Assembly (NCBI RefSeq): GCF_004010195.1
Contig: NC_057719.1
Location: forward strand, 8,754,066-8,818,065
DNA from: Chiloscyllium plagiosum
Lineage: Eukaryota
DNA: 64,000 nucleotides
Direction of reading: 5' to 3'
The notes beneath the pieces are model-generated. The model did not search any database and was not told the origin of the DNA. It saw nothing but the letters and a program-made list of their open reading frames with translations. The position numbers were made by a program, and so were the translations under genes. Shown here piece by piece: positions 1 to 12,957 of this stretch (positions are counted from its first letter, which is position 1; every line of letters starts with the position of its first letter).

Positions 1-1427
1 AGCCTCCTGCCTGGTTATTTTGCCCTCCAATTTAAAGCTTTTCGCCCTGGGATTGTGCTCTCCTGCAATATTACCATGTCCACATAATATCTGCTAACGG
101 CTGAAGTGAGTGAGCACCATTGTTTGCCATTTGCAATGTGAAAGTACATTTGGAAAATTGAAAACCTTTGTTAATGGATGTGCAAGGGCTGAATTGTTCC
201 ATCTTCATGTCAACTCACCCACTTTATTTTATTACGATTGCTCCATTTAAAATTAAGTGAATCAAGCTCCCTGCAGCTGAAGGGCATTGGTATTGAAATT
301 TTAAATTCACAAACAACAGGAACAGTGTAGAATTAACTGCTGATGCCCCACTGATGCTTTGAGTGAATCTACCAGAATCAGCAGTGGAACTATAATGGAG
401 AATGTAATGTGTCTATTAATATATGACAAAAGACATGATATTGTAAAACGATAATAAGAAAATAAACCAGCGCTAATGCTTTGTAGAGCACAGAGGGGTT
501 ATTTCTTCACTCCATAACGCCAGCAGGAAAATACTGTTGCTCATAAATAGAAATATTGCAAGCAAGCAAGGTGTACCTGTGTAACATTAGATAACAATAA
601 TGTTCACTATGGATATCCAATCCCTCTACACCTCCATCCGCCATGACCAGGGACTCCAAGCCCTCCGTTTTTTCCTCTCCCGATGTCCCCAACAGTACCC
701 TTCCACCGACACTCTCATTCGTTAGGCCGTACTGGTCCTCACCCGTAACAATTTCTCCTTCGAATCCTCCCACTTACTCCAGACCGTATGGGCCCCGGCT
801 ATGCCTGACTCTTTGTTGGCCACGTAGAACAGTCCATCTTCCGTAATTACACCGGCACCACTCCCCACCTCTTCCTTCGCTACATTGATGACTGCATTGG
901 CGCAACCTCGTGCTCCCGCGAGGAGGTTGAGCAATTCATCAACTTCACCAATACATTCCACCCTGACCTTAAATTTACCTGGACCATCTCTGACACCTCC
1001 CTCCCCTTCCTGGACCTCTCCATCTCCATTAATGACGACCGACTTGACACTGACATTTTTTACAAACCCACCGACTCCCACAGCTACCTGGATTACACCT
1101 CTACCCACCCTACCTCTTGCAAAAATGCCATCCCGTATTTCCAATTCCTCCGCCGTATCTGATCCCAGGAGGACCAGTTCCTCCACAGAACACACCAGAT
1201 GGCCTCCTTCTTTAGAGACCGTAATTTCCCTTCCCACGTGGTTAAAGATGCCCTCCAACGCATCTCGTCCACATCCCGCACCTCCCTCCAACCGTAACAA
1301 GGACAGAACACCCCTGGTGCTCACCTTCCACCCTACCAACCTTCGCATAAACCAAATCATCCGCCGACATTTCCGCCACCTTCAAAAAGACCCCACCACC
1401 AGGGATATATTTCCCTCCCCACCCCTC

Positions 1428-1847
1428 NNNNNNNNNNNNNNNNNNNNNNNNNNNNNNNNNNNNNNNNNNNNNNNNNNNNNNNNNNNNNNNNNNNNNNNNN
1501 NNNNNNNNNNNNNNNNNNNNNNNNNNNNNNNNNNNNNNNNNNNNNNNNNNNNNNNNNNNNNNNNNNNNNNNNNNNNNNNNNNNNNNNNNNNNNNNNNNNN
1601 NNNNNNNNNNNNNNNNNNNNNNNNNNNNNNNNNNNNNNNNNNNNNNNNNNNNNNNNNNNNNNNNNNNNNNNNNNNNNNNNNNNNNNNNNNNNNNNNNNNN
1701 NNNNNNNNNNNNNNNNNNNNNNNNNNNNNNNNNNNNNNNNNNNNNNNNNNNNNNNNNNNNNNNNNNNNNNNNNNNNNNNNNNNNNNNNNNNNNNNNNNNN
1801 NNNNNNNNNNNNNNNNNNNNNNNNNNNNNNNNNNNNNNNNNNNNNNN
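1428..1847. other. Assembly gap (420 N)
   Basis: Run of N. Confidence 1.
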
Positions 1848-2048
1848 CAAACTTCCAGCTCAGCATTGTCCCCATGACTTGTCCTACCTGCCTACCTTCT
1901 TTTCCACCTATCCACTCCACCGTCCTCCTGCCCTCCTCCTGCTACCATCTTCATCCCCTCCCTCACTCACCTATTGTATTCTATGCTACTTTCTCCCCAT
2001 CCCCACCCTCCCCTAGCTTATCTCTCCACACTTCAGGCTCTCTGCCTT

Positions 2049-2085
2049 TATTCCTGATGAAGGGCTTTTCCCCGAAACGTCGATT
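2049..2085 (+). ncRNA. Minimal hammerhead ribozyme motif in PLE terminus
   Basis: CTGATGA(2054-2060)-AGGGCTTTTCCCC-GAAA(2074-2077)-CGTC; palindromic ACGT in place of stem III. Confidence 0.7.
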
Positions 2086-2319
2086 TTACTGCTCCTCCGA
2101 TGCTGCCTGAACTGCTGTGCTCTTCCAGCACCACTAATCCAGAATAACATTAGAATAATATAAAGTGAAACCATTTCCCACACACAAAGATAGTTGGAAA
2201 GTGGGATACTCTCTCTCTCTCTCTCTCTAACAATGCCTCCCTCCCTATCATGAGTCAATTATAAGGTTCACAACTGAAATTGACAGACCTTTGTTGCTTC
2301 AGGGTATCATATAAAGCCT

Positions 2320-2560
2320 CGTTCATTAGATACAGAAGCAGAATTAGGCCATTCGGCGCATCGGGTCTGCTCTGTCATCCAATCATGGCTGATATGCTCC
2401 TCACCCCCATTTTCCTGCCTTCTCTCCATATCCCTTCAATCCATTACCAATTAAAAAATCTGTCCAACTCCTCTTTGAATTTACTCACTGTCCAAGCATC
2501 CACCGATTTCCACAGATTCACAACCCTTTGGGAGAAGCATTTTCTCTTCAATTCTATCTG
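2320..2560 (-). mobile_element. CR1/HER1-type LINE 3' end
   Basis: AGGCCATTCGG...ATCATGGCTGAT...TTCCACAGATTCACAACCCT, as in other CR1 3' ends in the window. Confidence 0.7.
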
Positions 2561-2734
2561 GCTTTGCTTGTGTCCGGGTGCCCTTGCAGAGGGAGCAAAT
2601 TGGATCCATAAATACTCTCAATGTTTTTAGAGAGAGGTCGGTGAAATAACTTCACGGAGGCTGGTATGCCATCACTAAGTCACTCTTTATTTATAGGTGT
2701 AGAGTATATGACACTGACCCAGAGTGAACAAAAC

Positions 2735-2986
2735 CCAGTGGTTAGCGATGCTGTCTCACAGCACCAGGGACCCAGGTTCGATTCCAGCCTTGGGCGACTG
2801 TCTGTGTGGAGTTTGCACATTCTCCCCGTGTCTGCGTGGGTTTCCTCCTGGTGCTCTGGTTTCCTCCCACAGTCCAAGGTTGTGCAGGTCAGGTGAATTG
2901 GCCATGCTAAATTGCCCATAGTGGTCAGGGAGGTGTAGGTTAGGTGCATTGGTCAGGGGTAAATGTGGAGTAATAGGGTAGGGGAA
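2735..2986 (+). mobile_element. HE1-type V-SINE (tRNA-derived), 3' part missing
   Basis: B-box GGTTCGATTCC followed by V-domain CTGTGTGGAGTTTGCACATTCTCCCCGTG...CCATGCTAAATTGCCC. Confidence 0.85.
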
Positions 2987-2990
2987 TTTC

Positions 2991-3292
2991 AGATTAGATT
3001 AGATTACTTACAGCGTGGAAACAGGTCCTTCAGCCCAACAAGTCCACACCGACCCGCCACCCATCCAGACCCATTCCCCTACACCTAATGCTATGGGCAA
3101 TTTAGCATGGCCAATTCACCTGATCTGCACATCTTTGGACTGTGGGAGGAAACTGGAGCACCCGGAGGAAACCCACGCAGACACAGGGAGAATGTGCAAA
3201 CTCCACACAGTCAGTCGCCTGAGGCGGGAATTGAACTTGGGTCTCTGGCGCTGTGAGGCAGCAGTGCTAACCACTGTGCCACTGTGCCACCC
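2991..3292 (-). mobile_element. HE1-type V-SINE, full length
   Basis: Reverse-complement head GGTGGCACAGTGG, V-domain and (TCTAA)n tail. Confidence 0.9.
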
Positions 3293-3652
3293 CCTCAGTG
3301 GCTCAAAGATTAGCACTGCTGCTTCACAGCGCCAGGGACCCAGGTTCGATTCCAGCTTTGGCCGAATGTCTCTGCGGGCTTTGCACATTCTCCCCGTGTC
3401 TGTGTGGGTTTCGTCCAGGTGCTCCAGTTTCCTCCACAGTCCAAAGAAATGCAGAATGGGTGAATTGGCTACAGTAAATTGCACAGTGTTCAGGGATGTG
3501 GTTATCTGAATTAGTCAGGGGTAGATGTGGAGTAGGGGAATGGGATTCTATGAGATGGAATGGATCTGGATAGGATACTCTTCGGAGGGTCGGTGTGGAG
3601 TTGTTGGGCCGAAGGGCATGTTTCCACATTGTCAGGATTCTATGATTCTATG
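3293..3652 (+). mobile_element. HE1-type V-SINE
   Basis: Head, V-domain, CR1-derived tail ending (GATTCTAT)n. Confidence 0.88.
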
Positions 3653-3669
3653 AACCCCTGACATTCCTG

Positions 3670-4261
3670 GACTTAATATTGAGTTCAACATCTTCAAATT
3701 GTGAACCCACTCCCATTCCTTCCCTTTGTTTTAGTTTTACTTGTTATATTGCCCTCTCTCCCTCCCCCTACCCTAGTGGAACTGTTCTGTTCTTTACAAT
3801 TTGGCAGTCAGACACATCATTGTTCTGCAATCCTCACATTCTGATCACTTAATCTGAACTATCAAAGTCATTTCTCCCCCAGCACTCCACATGCCCCCCC
3901 CCCCCTTCCCCATCATTACATAAATGCTGCCCCCTCCACACTTCTCACCAACTCTGAAGAGTCACATAGACTTGAAACGTTAGCCTGCTGTCTCTCCGCG
4001 GATGCAGCCTGACCCACTGTGATCCCGTAGGAAAAAGTGAGGACTGCAGATGCTGGACATCAGAGTCGAGACTGTAATGCTGGAAAAGCGCAGCCGGTTT
4101 GGCCGCATCCGAGGAGCAGGAGAATTGATGTTTCAGGCATACGCCCTTGATCAGGAATGCCTGAAATGTCGATTCTCCTGCTCCTTGGATGCTGCCTGAC
4201 CTGCTGTGTGTTTCCAGCAACACACTCTCGACTGCTATGATCTCCAGCACAGTTTTGTTTT
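3670..4261 (+). mobile_element. PLE 3' terminal segment (family 2) with hammerhead motif, containing a nested palindromic family-1 mini-element (~4028-4233)
   Basis: CTGAAGA..GAAACGTT at 3954-3981; CATTCCTG duplicated at 3662-3669 and 4262-4269; internal fold-back centred near 4150. Confidence 0.7.
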
Positions 4262-4711
4262 CATTCCTGTTGACCTCTGCAACCGTGGCAGCCCCAATCA
4301 GGGAACTCTTATTCTATGAGGTCCACCTGGCTGACCTTGTTACAATCATGACAGTGGGCACCGCAGGGAGTGGGACACTTTATCTCCTCTTGCAATTCCA
4401 TTTTGATTTCGATCCCATTCCCTCTCCCTCACCTTTCATGCTCTGAGTGGGCTTTTCATGTAATCAATTGGAAAACTGAGTAACTGGTTAATGGATGGAA
4501 AAAAAACAATTCACCATGAGTGATTTGCTGATGGGAAAAATAAACGTTCAACTGTGTATAAGAGCATTTCTAGATATTAATGTAAAGCCTGAATGATGTG
4601 GAGCTCTTGTGGTACAGTGGTAGTGTCCCGACCTCTGAACCAGAACTTGGTTCCAGTTCCAGAGTTGTGTCGTAATATTTCTAGGTGTCTTTAAACCTAA
4701 AGCTTCTTTTT

Positions 4712-5046
4712 TATTCATTTACGGGATGCGAGCGTCACTGACCAGGACAGCAATTTACTGCCCATCCCCAACACCCCAGAGGGCGGTTCAGACACAACCA
4801 CCTTGCTGTGGGTCTGGAGTCCCATGTAGGTCAGACCAGGTAAGGATGGCAGATTTCCTTCCTTCAAGGACGTTAGTGAACCAGATGTGTTTTTCCTGAC
4901 CATCGACAGTGGTTTCACAGTAATTGTTCAAATCTTTTGATTCCAGATTTTTATTAAATTCAGATTCCACCATCTTCCATGGGAGAATTCAAATTTAGGT
5001 CTTGGGATTAAGAGTCTAGTAATTATACTTGGCCAGCACTTCCCCA
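4712..5046 (-). mobile_element. Second tRNA-derived SINE family (tentatively MetaSINE-like)
   Basis: Reverse complement of CATCTGGTTCACTAA..CCTTACCTGGTCTG..GACTCCAGACCCACAGCAA plus tail GGGATGGGCA.TAAAT shared with the LINE at 42070-43560. Confidence 0.7.
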
Positions 5047-5569
5047 AAACTGTTTGTTTGGTGTTCTCTGGGGATCTTGGATTCTCAATCAAAGATATGG
5101 TAATTTTGCAAATAATTGCAGGGCTCCTGAGCTTTCCACTTGATTTGAAACTGGCCCTTGTGGTGCAGTGATAGTGTCTCTATCTCTGAACCATGAGGCC
5201 TGGGTTCGAGTCCTGCCTGCTCTAGAGGTGGATAAAAACTCACAGGTCAGATGGATTGGAAACTATCTGCAATGCCTCAGTGGGGTGCAAATGGAATTAT
5301 GGGTGGGCGTAGCTCATATCAAAGAGACTGATGAAATATGCTTGAGGGAGTTTAAGGCCCACTTCCAATCTCATGGACTCATTGAGGTTCCCACTTGCAG
5401 TCTACCACCCCCTGTCAAAGTGTAGCACGCACAGAATGGTGAAATGTGGATTGGCAAAGAACTGAAGAAGGCCTCCTTTGTCTATTGTGTCTGTCAGCTT
5501 TTTGAAAGAACTAGAACAGGTCTGTGGGGCTGAATGGCCTACTTTTCATCCTATTGAGTAGACTTGGAT

Positions 5570-5990
5570 ATTACTCATTAGAATTTAGAAGAATGGTAGT
5601 TGGGGTGATGGGGGGAGGGTGGGGGTGAAACCATATAGAAACGTATAAAGTTATGAAGGGAATCAATAAGGTAGAAGCAGGGAAGTCGTTTCCACTGGTG
5701 GGTGAAACTAGAACTCGGGGGCATAGCCTCAAAATAAGGGGGGAGCAGATTTAGGACTGAGTTAAGGAGGAACATCTTCACCCAAAGAGTCATGAGTCTG
5801 TGGAATTCCTCACCCAGTGACGCAGTAGAAGCTACCTCGTTGAATGTTTTTAAGGCAAAGATCAATAGATGTTTGAACAGTAAAGTGGAGCTGAGTCCAC
5901 AAAAAGATCAGCCGTGATATTATTGAATCGCGGAACCAGGCTCGACGGGCCAAACGGCCTACTCCTGCTCCTGTTTCTTATGTTCCTATA
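5570..5990 (+). mobile_element. CR1/HER1 LINE 3' fragment
   Basis: GAATTTAGAAGAATG...AGGAACATCTTCACCCAAAGAG...GGCCTACTCCTGCTCCTG..(TTCTTATG) tail. Confidence 0.8.
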
Positions 5991-6922
5991 GTCTTGGGCC
6001 CACATTACACAAGCCAGGAACACACCCTACACATGAATAAACGATGGCCAGGAAGGTACAGCCTTAATTGTGACTCTTGGGCTATTGAGCGTGGAGATTA
6101 TCTCAGTTTGATGTCCCCTTGATTTTTACACTCTGCTGATGCCAGTCAGCTACAGCGTGTCCCTTTATAGCCCTGTTGACCATGTGACCTGTCAGTCTTA
6201 CACATGTCTCGTTTCTCTTTCCACTTGAGTGACCCTCTCTGTTGCAGAACACGTCCACATCAGCGTACTGTATTCATTTGGTAAAGGTTATCTATTTACA
6301 CTGCAGCCTGCAGGTCTATGTAACTATGACAGAGTACACAACAAAGCTTAGCTCTGAACTGTATGCATGATCCCCAGTTGATTTTTGACAGAGATGTTTG
6401 TTGATTCAGTAGCAAAATATTTGATGACAAGCTGTCATGACCATGTTAACTCAAGACTTCAGCTCCCAACAGAATCATGTCACTTGCTACAGTTGTCACT
6501 CAGCAGTCCCACGCGGTCGTGTTAAACAATCAGAAACACAGAAGCCATTGTTTCTACACACTTGCTACAAATATTGTTACCTTCCCATTGATTTCAATAC
6601 ACCAACCAGCCTCTCCCACACCAGCACCACCGTTGGTATCCGTCCCCATTCATTGTCTCGCGGCACAGATCTTTTTGCTGCCTTTATATCATTTGATTGT
6701 TGATCTGATATCCTCCTAGATAAGCTCCCATTCTCAGTCTTGAACTCATTCAAAGTACTGGTGCTTTCACCTCAATCTACAACTATCCAGATGGACAAGG
6801 GCAGCAGATACTTGAGAACACCACCACCTGCAAGTTCCCTCCCGAACCACTCACCATCCTGACTTGGAAATATATCAGTGTTCCTTCAGTGCCATTGGTT
6901 CGAAATCCTTGAACTCTCTCCC

Positions 6923-7020
6923 GAATGTGGAGATGCCAGAATGGGGCTGGGGTGGACCTGACCAAGCTTGTGATTTCAAATACACCTGTTGGACTATAAC
7001 CTGGTGTCATGTGACTTCTG
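6923..7020. mobile_element. Family-3 PLE-terminus mini-insertion inside a LINE 3' fragment (6780-7180)
   Basis: CCTGTTGGACTATAACCTGGTG core; TSD ACTCTCTCCC at 6913-6922 and 7021-7030. Confidence 0.7.
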
Positions 7021-7487
7021 ACTCTCTCCCTAATAGCAATGAGTTTCCTTATGTCACATGGTCGGCAATGGCTGAAGATGCCAGCTCACCACCTCTCAAG
7101 GGCAATTACACATAAGTAATTGGAATGGTGTATCCAGCAATGCCTACTTCATCTGAAAAAAGTGAACTTTAAAAAAAAAATGCATCAATTCACAGCATAA
7201 CCTTTACTGAATTACACTGGCTTGCAGTTTGACCATGACTGAGAATTTTAAAATTCTTATCCTTGTTTTTGAGTTTCTCTGTTGAGAAAGGGCTTCTTTC
7301 TCTCCCAGCAAACTGTACCGCTCCAATATCCATCTGAGATCTCTGCACTCTTCCAATTCTGGTCTGGTACACAACTATAATTTTAATCTCTCTGTCCACC
7401 ATTGGATGGACTTTCACGTGGCTAAACTGGGATTCTCTCCTTAGACCTCTCCCTTTGCGAACTTAGGACACTCCTTAGAAATATATT

Positions 7488-7815
7488 AAATAGAATAGAA
7501 TCCCTACAGTGTGGAAACAGGACCTTCGGCCCAACAAGTGCACACCGATTCTCCGAACAGTATCCCACCTTGTCCTCTACCCTATGCTCTACATTTACCC
7601 CTGACTAATGCACCTAATCAACATATCCCTGAACACTATGGGCAATTTAGCACGGCCAATTCACCCAACCTGCACATTTTTGGACTGTGGGGGGAAACCC
7701 ACACAGACACAGGGAGAATGCGCAAACACCACATAGACAATCGCCCAATGTTTGAATTGAACCCGGGTCCCTGGTGCTGTGAGGCAGCAGTACTAACCAC
7801 TGAGCCACCATGACT
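7488..7815 (-). mobile_element. HE1-type V-SINE
   Basis: Reverse-complement head, V-domain and tail. Confidence 0.88.
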
Positions 7816-8179
7816 CCCTGTACCATGTACCTCTACCGTGCGTTAAGAACATTAAGGGCATTGAACCATCCTGTGTGTTTATTTAAGACTGAAACAGATA
7901 AATTCTTTGGCCAATCCCTTGGGTATCTGACCTAATATCTCCTAATGTGACTCAATGCCAATCTTTGTTTGTTGATAGTACTCTGAACCGTGCTTGGGAC
8001 TTGGCGCCACACCAATGCAAGGTACTGTTCTTCCTGTTTGTAACCTCCTTTTCCTACTTGAGTCCAAGAAATCTGTTCTCCTCCATCACAAAGATTCTCC
8101 CACGTCCGGATCAATTCCTAACACCCCAACTGTGCTGCTCCCAGGAGAAACCTCAATACATCTGTCAAAGTCAATCCTG

Positions 8180-8370
8180 ATGTGGAGGTGCCAGTGTTGG
8201 ACTGAGGTGAACAAAGACAGAAGTCACACGACATCAGGTTATAATCCATCAGGTTGATTTGAAATCACAAGCTACCCCTTTGTCAGGTGAACATCACTTG
8301 ACGAAGATCCAAAAACTTGTGATTTCAAATCAACCTGTTGGACTATAACCTCGTGTCATGTGACTTCTGA
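8180..8370. mobile_element. Family-3 palindromic mini-element
   Basis: Inverted arms around ~8285; TSD CAAAGTCAATCCTG at 8166-8179 and 8371-8384. Confidence 0.8.
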
Positions 8371-9294
8371 CAAAGTCAATCCTGGTTATTGTCCCCTTGC
8401 ACTGTCACCCCTCCATTAAGAACATTAAGGGCATCAAACCATCCTGTGTGTATATTTAAGACTGAAACATATGAATTCTCGATCAGTAGGGGAATCAAGG
8501 GTAATGGGGAAGCTGTCGGAAAGTGGACTTGAGGAATGTCAGAGCGGGTCATTGAATGGTGGCGCAGGCTCGATGGGCCGAATGGCCTACTCCTGTTCCT
8601 ATTCCTCACAGACCTCTGGTCTTCATTGAGGTTTGTGACACTATAGGAAGGAGGGAAACTGTCACATAGTCAAATATCAGATGACAGGACAGAAGCCAGG
8701 GATGGTTAACCCACTTGAATCATCCTCGACACAATATCTTGCATAAGATAAAATTCACTGTGAAGGCAAATTGGAAAATAATGTAACACTTGACTTCTCA
8801 ACTTCAAACAGAGGAAGCACTTTGGGCATAACATTTGATGTTACTTCCTTTTTGAAGATGGAAACAGTTGATGATTCAAACAGTGTGCGCATCATGGAGT
8901 TATTGAGATTAAAAAAAAATTCCTGGTGCTCCCTAACAAAGACAGCAAATGAAAAAAGAAATTCCAGATCAAGAAAGCTTTTTCATGAAGTGGGAACCCA
9001 AAACTAGATGCTATGAATACATCAAGGATGATAGCGTCGTGGTTATGTTGCTGAGCTACTGATCAAATGCTCTCGACTTACAATCCAGAGAAATGAGCTG
9101 AAATCCCACTGCAGCAAAGCTCAGGAACTTACATTTTGTTAGTTAAATAAAAATTTAATAAGAATTCACTCATGCCCTTCATGGTAGTAATCTTGTATCC
9201 TTATCTCATCTGACCTACATGTGACTCCAGACACTCAGAAATGTGGCTCACTCTTAATTCATGAGCCAATTCTTTGCCTGAGAGAAAAGAAAAT

Positions 9295-9632
9295 TGAGAA
9301 AGAAGACAGACAGAAAAGAGAGAGAGAGAGGGGGAGGGACGGGGAGGGAGGGGGGGAGNNNNNNNNNNNNNNNNNNNNNNNNNNNNNNNNNNNNNNNNNN
9401 NNNNNNNNNNNNNNNNNNNNNNNNNNNNNNNNNNNNNNNNNNNNNNNNNNNNNAGAAGAGACAGAGGGAACAGAGTCAAAAGAGAGGAGAGTGAGAGAAG
9501 AGAAAGGGAGACAGAAGAAGAAGAGAGAGGGAGAGAAGAGAGATAGAGAAAGAGAGGGAAGGAGAGAAGAAAGAGAGAGAGAGAGCAAGAGATGGAGGCA
9601 GAGAAAAGAGAGAGAGAGAGAGAGAGGTGAGA
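9295..9632. repeat. GA-rich low-complexity/microsatellite tract containing a 95-N gap (9359-9453)
   Basis: (GA)n and GAGAA runs either side of the N run. Confidence 0.95.
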
Positions 9633-11009
9633 ATGTGGAAGCTACTACCAGAGAGCAGTAATTGTGGTTGACAGCATAGGTGCATTCTGTAGATCACAAG
9701 ATGGAGGAAGGAACTGACCAGAAGCGTGAATGGGTTGGGTTGAATGGCTTGCAGTGTACTGCTGTGTAAATGTACACTGAAAGGGGGCAAGCAGTGAGCT
9801 TGACTGCTGGTGACAGGACTTTTAAGTAGCAAGGAAAGTTTGCTTCCACAATAAGAAAGTGCGGTGATCGGAATTGGAGTCGTCAGGGTTATGAAGGGCA
9901 AGGGCGAGGCTAATCCAGGCAAATTCCTCAGCATGGCACAGCTTTCAAATACCAAAGGACATGTGTTAAAAGTGGGATGTAAGGTATAGATGGAAAAATC
10001 AGGCAGAATTGTTTCACCCAAAGGGGATAGCTGTGTCGAATCTGTTAGCAGGGGAGACCACTGAAGCAGCTAGTATAAATGGATTTGAGAGGCAATTACT
10101 TGCAATTCTGGAGGGATACTGGGAGAGCTATCAAAAAGGGACAGGGTTTTAAAAACCTAATGGTCTGTTCCTGTTCCTATGAATCCTTGTCTTGTTACAT
10201 ACTGTTAACACATCCCAGTGGTGGATGTGGTTGACAATAAGTGCAACATTTTCAGTACACCATCAAACAAATCTGCTTCTGCTTCCCAGAAAACCCATTA
10301 AATCTGGCACCAGTGGACACTTACGGGGACTTGAAGACAACACAACAGGATAATGAGCGACTGCCTTCAAATTAACACAAGCATTTTGAATTGGTTCGGG
10401 ACAGAGGAGGAACTGGTTGATGACTGAATGTTGTTGAAATCATACGTCAGTGTGAACCGAACACAAGGCCACGTCAAGATCCAATTGCAATGTGGAAACA
10501 ACACAGGAACGTGGCCTCCTTCATTGTTTCAATCTTCTTTCCTGACATCGTCACAACCAAAGATCATCCACCCTCAGCACACAAGACATTTGGCACCATC
10601 CAGCATGAGGCAGCCTGTTTGTTTGGCACCACCAATATGCAGTGTCCACAGATCATAGAATCCTTACTGTGTGGAAACTAGCCATTTGGCCCATCGAGTT
10701 CACCGCGACGCCCCCCCCCCCCTGCCCCAAAAAGCATCCACCCAGATCCAGTACATTGACTTTACTGCTCCTCGGATGCTGTCTGACTTGCTGCGTTTTT
10801 CCAGCTTCACATCTATCCCCATTAAACTGTGCATTTCCGATGGCTAACCCACCCACAGTGGAACTTAACATTGCCAACAACCAAATGCTTTTAATACTAC
10901 GGAATGACCCCTTAGAGAGTTGGTAACAGCGCATCGCTATGGCACTACACTGATCCAGACACACTGCATTCAGCTGCTGTTGCATTCAAAGAATCATAGA
11001 ATCCATATA

Positions 11010-11310
11010 AATGAAGAAGCAAGCCATTCGGCCCATTGAGTACACACCAACTTTAAAGACCATCCCACTTGGACCTCCACCCCTTCCCTCTCACCCTGAA
11101 TTACCAATGGCTATTCTAACTAGTCTGCACATACTTGGATCCTATTGGCAATTTCCCATAGCCAATCCACCCTAACCGGCACAACTTTGGACTGTGGGAG
11201 GAAACCAGAGGGGACTCACGCAGACACGGGGAGAATGAGCAAACTCCACACAGACAGTCACCCAAGGCTAGAAATGAACCCAGGGTCCCTGAGCCACCAT
11301 GCCTCCCCAT
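11010..11310 (-). mobile_element. HE1-type V-SINE (diverged)
   Basis: TTTGGACTGTGGGAGGAAACC...AAACTCCACACAGACAGTC. Confidence 0.8.
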
Positions 11311-11693
11311 CTATGAGATGCAGTGCTGTAACTCAGTCAGGCTCCACACCTGCAATCTCCACCATTGAGAAAGACAAGGGCAGCGGATTGAGGGGAACGC
11401 AGAATTCGCTCTGTGTCAAACACCATCCTGACATGAAACAATATTCCTTCCTGGCTGAAACTCCCATCCAGGTAGCACTGTGGGTGTAGCATGTAGCAGA
11501 CATTTTAAAGCACTCATGATAAAACAGTTGCACACAGAAAAAGTTACTGAGATATCCAACAAACAATCACGCTCAGGCCCAGCTTTGTTTCTGGCAGTTC
11601 CATCAACTATAAAAGCAATGAGTGCAAAGGATGTTAGACCTGGTGGAATCAATGATTGAAACACTTTAACTTGTCTAAATGTAATTCTTTTCT

Positions 11694-12097
11694 ATTCATT
11701 CATGGGATGTCGGTATCGCTGGCTGGACCAGTATTTATTGCCCATCCCTAGTTGCCCAGAGGCGGTTACAATCAACCACATTGCTGTGGGTCTGGAGTCA
11801 CATGTAGGCCAGACCAGGGAGAATGATTATACCCAAAACGCTCCCTTCTCCAACTCCTGCGTTCTTCCAGCCTCCTGCTTGTCTACTTTAGACCAGGTAA
11901 GGATGGCAGTTTCCTTCCCTATAGCACATTAGTGAACCAGGTGGACTTTTCCTGACAATGGATTCGTGGTCGTCATTAGATTTTTAATTCCAGATTTTTT
12001 TTTACTGGATTCAAGTTCCATCATCTGGCGTGGTGGGACTCGAACTCTGATCCTCACAACACTACCGGGGTCTCTGGGTTAACAGCCCAGTGATGAT
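11694..12097 (-). mobile_element. MetaSINE-like SINE with a ~70-bp insertion (11819-11889)
   Basis: Same family as 4712-5046; AGACCAGG duplicated around the insert. Confidence 0.7.
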
Positions 12098-12957
12098 TCT
12101 GTGGAAAGAGCTGGGAGACGGAGCTGAAGCGTGGAGCTGACGTTTTAATATCGGATCAGACACAGTCATACTGGATGGTGCGGCAGGCCTGAGGGGCCGA
12201 ATGGAAAATCAGGCTGAACTGCGAGACCCAAAGGGGAATAGATGTCATGAATAAATTAGCACAGAAGGTCACTGGAGACAGACAGCGCGAATAGATTTGA
12301 GAAACAGTTATTTGTAATTCTGGGGGGGGGAGAAGTACCAAAAAGGGACAGGGTTAAAAGCCTAAGAATCTGTTCCTGTTTCTATTTCTGATGGTCTTAC
12401 AAGTAGTGTTGGTCAAACTATACTAAAATGTATACGCCAAGATTTCAAGTTAACTTCTTGGTGAGAGTCAGTCACTTGACATTTGTGAGCTCTCATCTTT
12501 TCCTCTCACGTCATGGCTAATCCTAACACAATACATTGTGTCCTGCGATCCTCAGAATTCAATGATCACATTTCTGAAACACAAAGTGTTGGAGCTCCTT
12601 CAAATGTTTATTCCAGCTCACACCGAGCACTGCAGGCTGACCTATCATTGCTCAAGAACCTCAAAACACAGAAGGATAGGCCATTTGCCACCTCCCCTCT
12701 GAAGCCTGCTCCACCAATCACTAAGATCATGGCTGATTGGATCAATTCCATTGACCTGTCTGACGACCCACCCCCATAACCGGTCACTCAGTTGTCAATG
12801 GCAAATCCGTCTATTCCAACCTTGAATAAATTCTACAACACAGCCTCCACATCCTTCTGGGGAAGAGAATTCCGCAGACTCACAGCCTTTTTGAGAGAAT
12901 AAAAAAATCCTCATCTCTGTCTTAAAAGGGGAACCTCTTATTCATGGACACACATCA

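Larger units (their letters stand above)
592..2144 (+). mobile_element. Penelope-like element (probably Neptune group), 5'-truncated, decayed RT plus 3' terminal repeat
   Basis: Translates to TMDIQSLYTSIRHDQGLQAL (~607) and FLRYIDDCIG (~871-900, RT YIDD motif), with a deletion and an in-frame stop (~1159). Hammerhead motif at 2054-2077. Flanked by TAACATTAGA at 582-591 and 2145-2154. Spans an N gap. Confidence 0.88.
2622..4343 (-). mobile_element. LTR-like repeat (solo LTR) split by nested SINE and PLE insertions
   Basis: Pieces 2622-2730, ~3653-3669 and 4262-4343 are homologous to 20195-21082 (TGAAATAACT..CTGGTAT..CCATCAC..AAGTCAC; CCCCAATCA..ATGAG..CCACCTGG). TG...CA ends; AATAAA on the minus strand at ~2686. 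Confidence 0.55.

Noticed and set aside
885..1920. Long ORFs of 187-330 aa
   Set aside because: They are inflated by the 420-N gap and are off-frame or antisense readings of the PLE remnant.
9201..10021. Arg/Glu-rich and Ser/Leu-rich ORFs
   Set aside because: Products of the GA microsatellite and the N gap.
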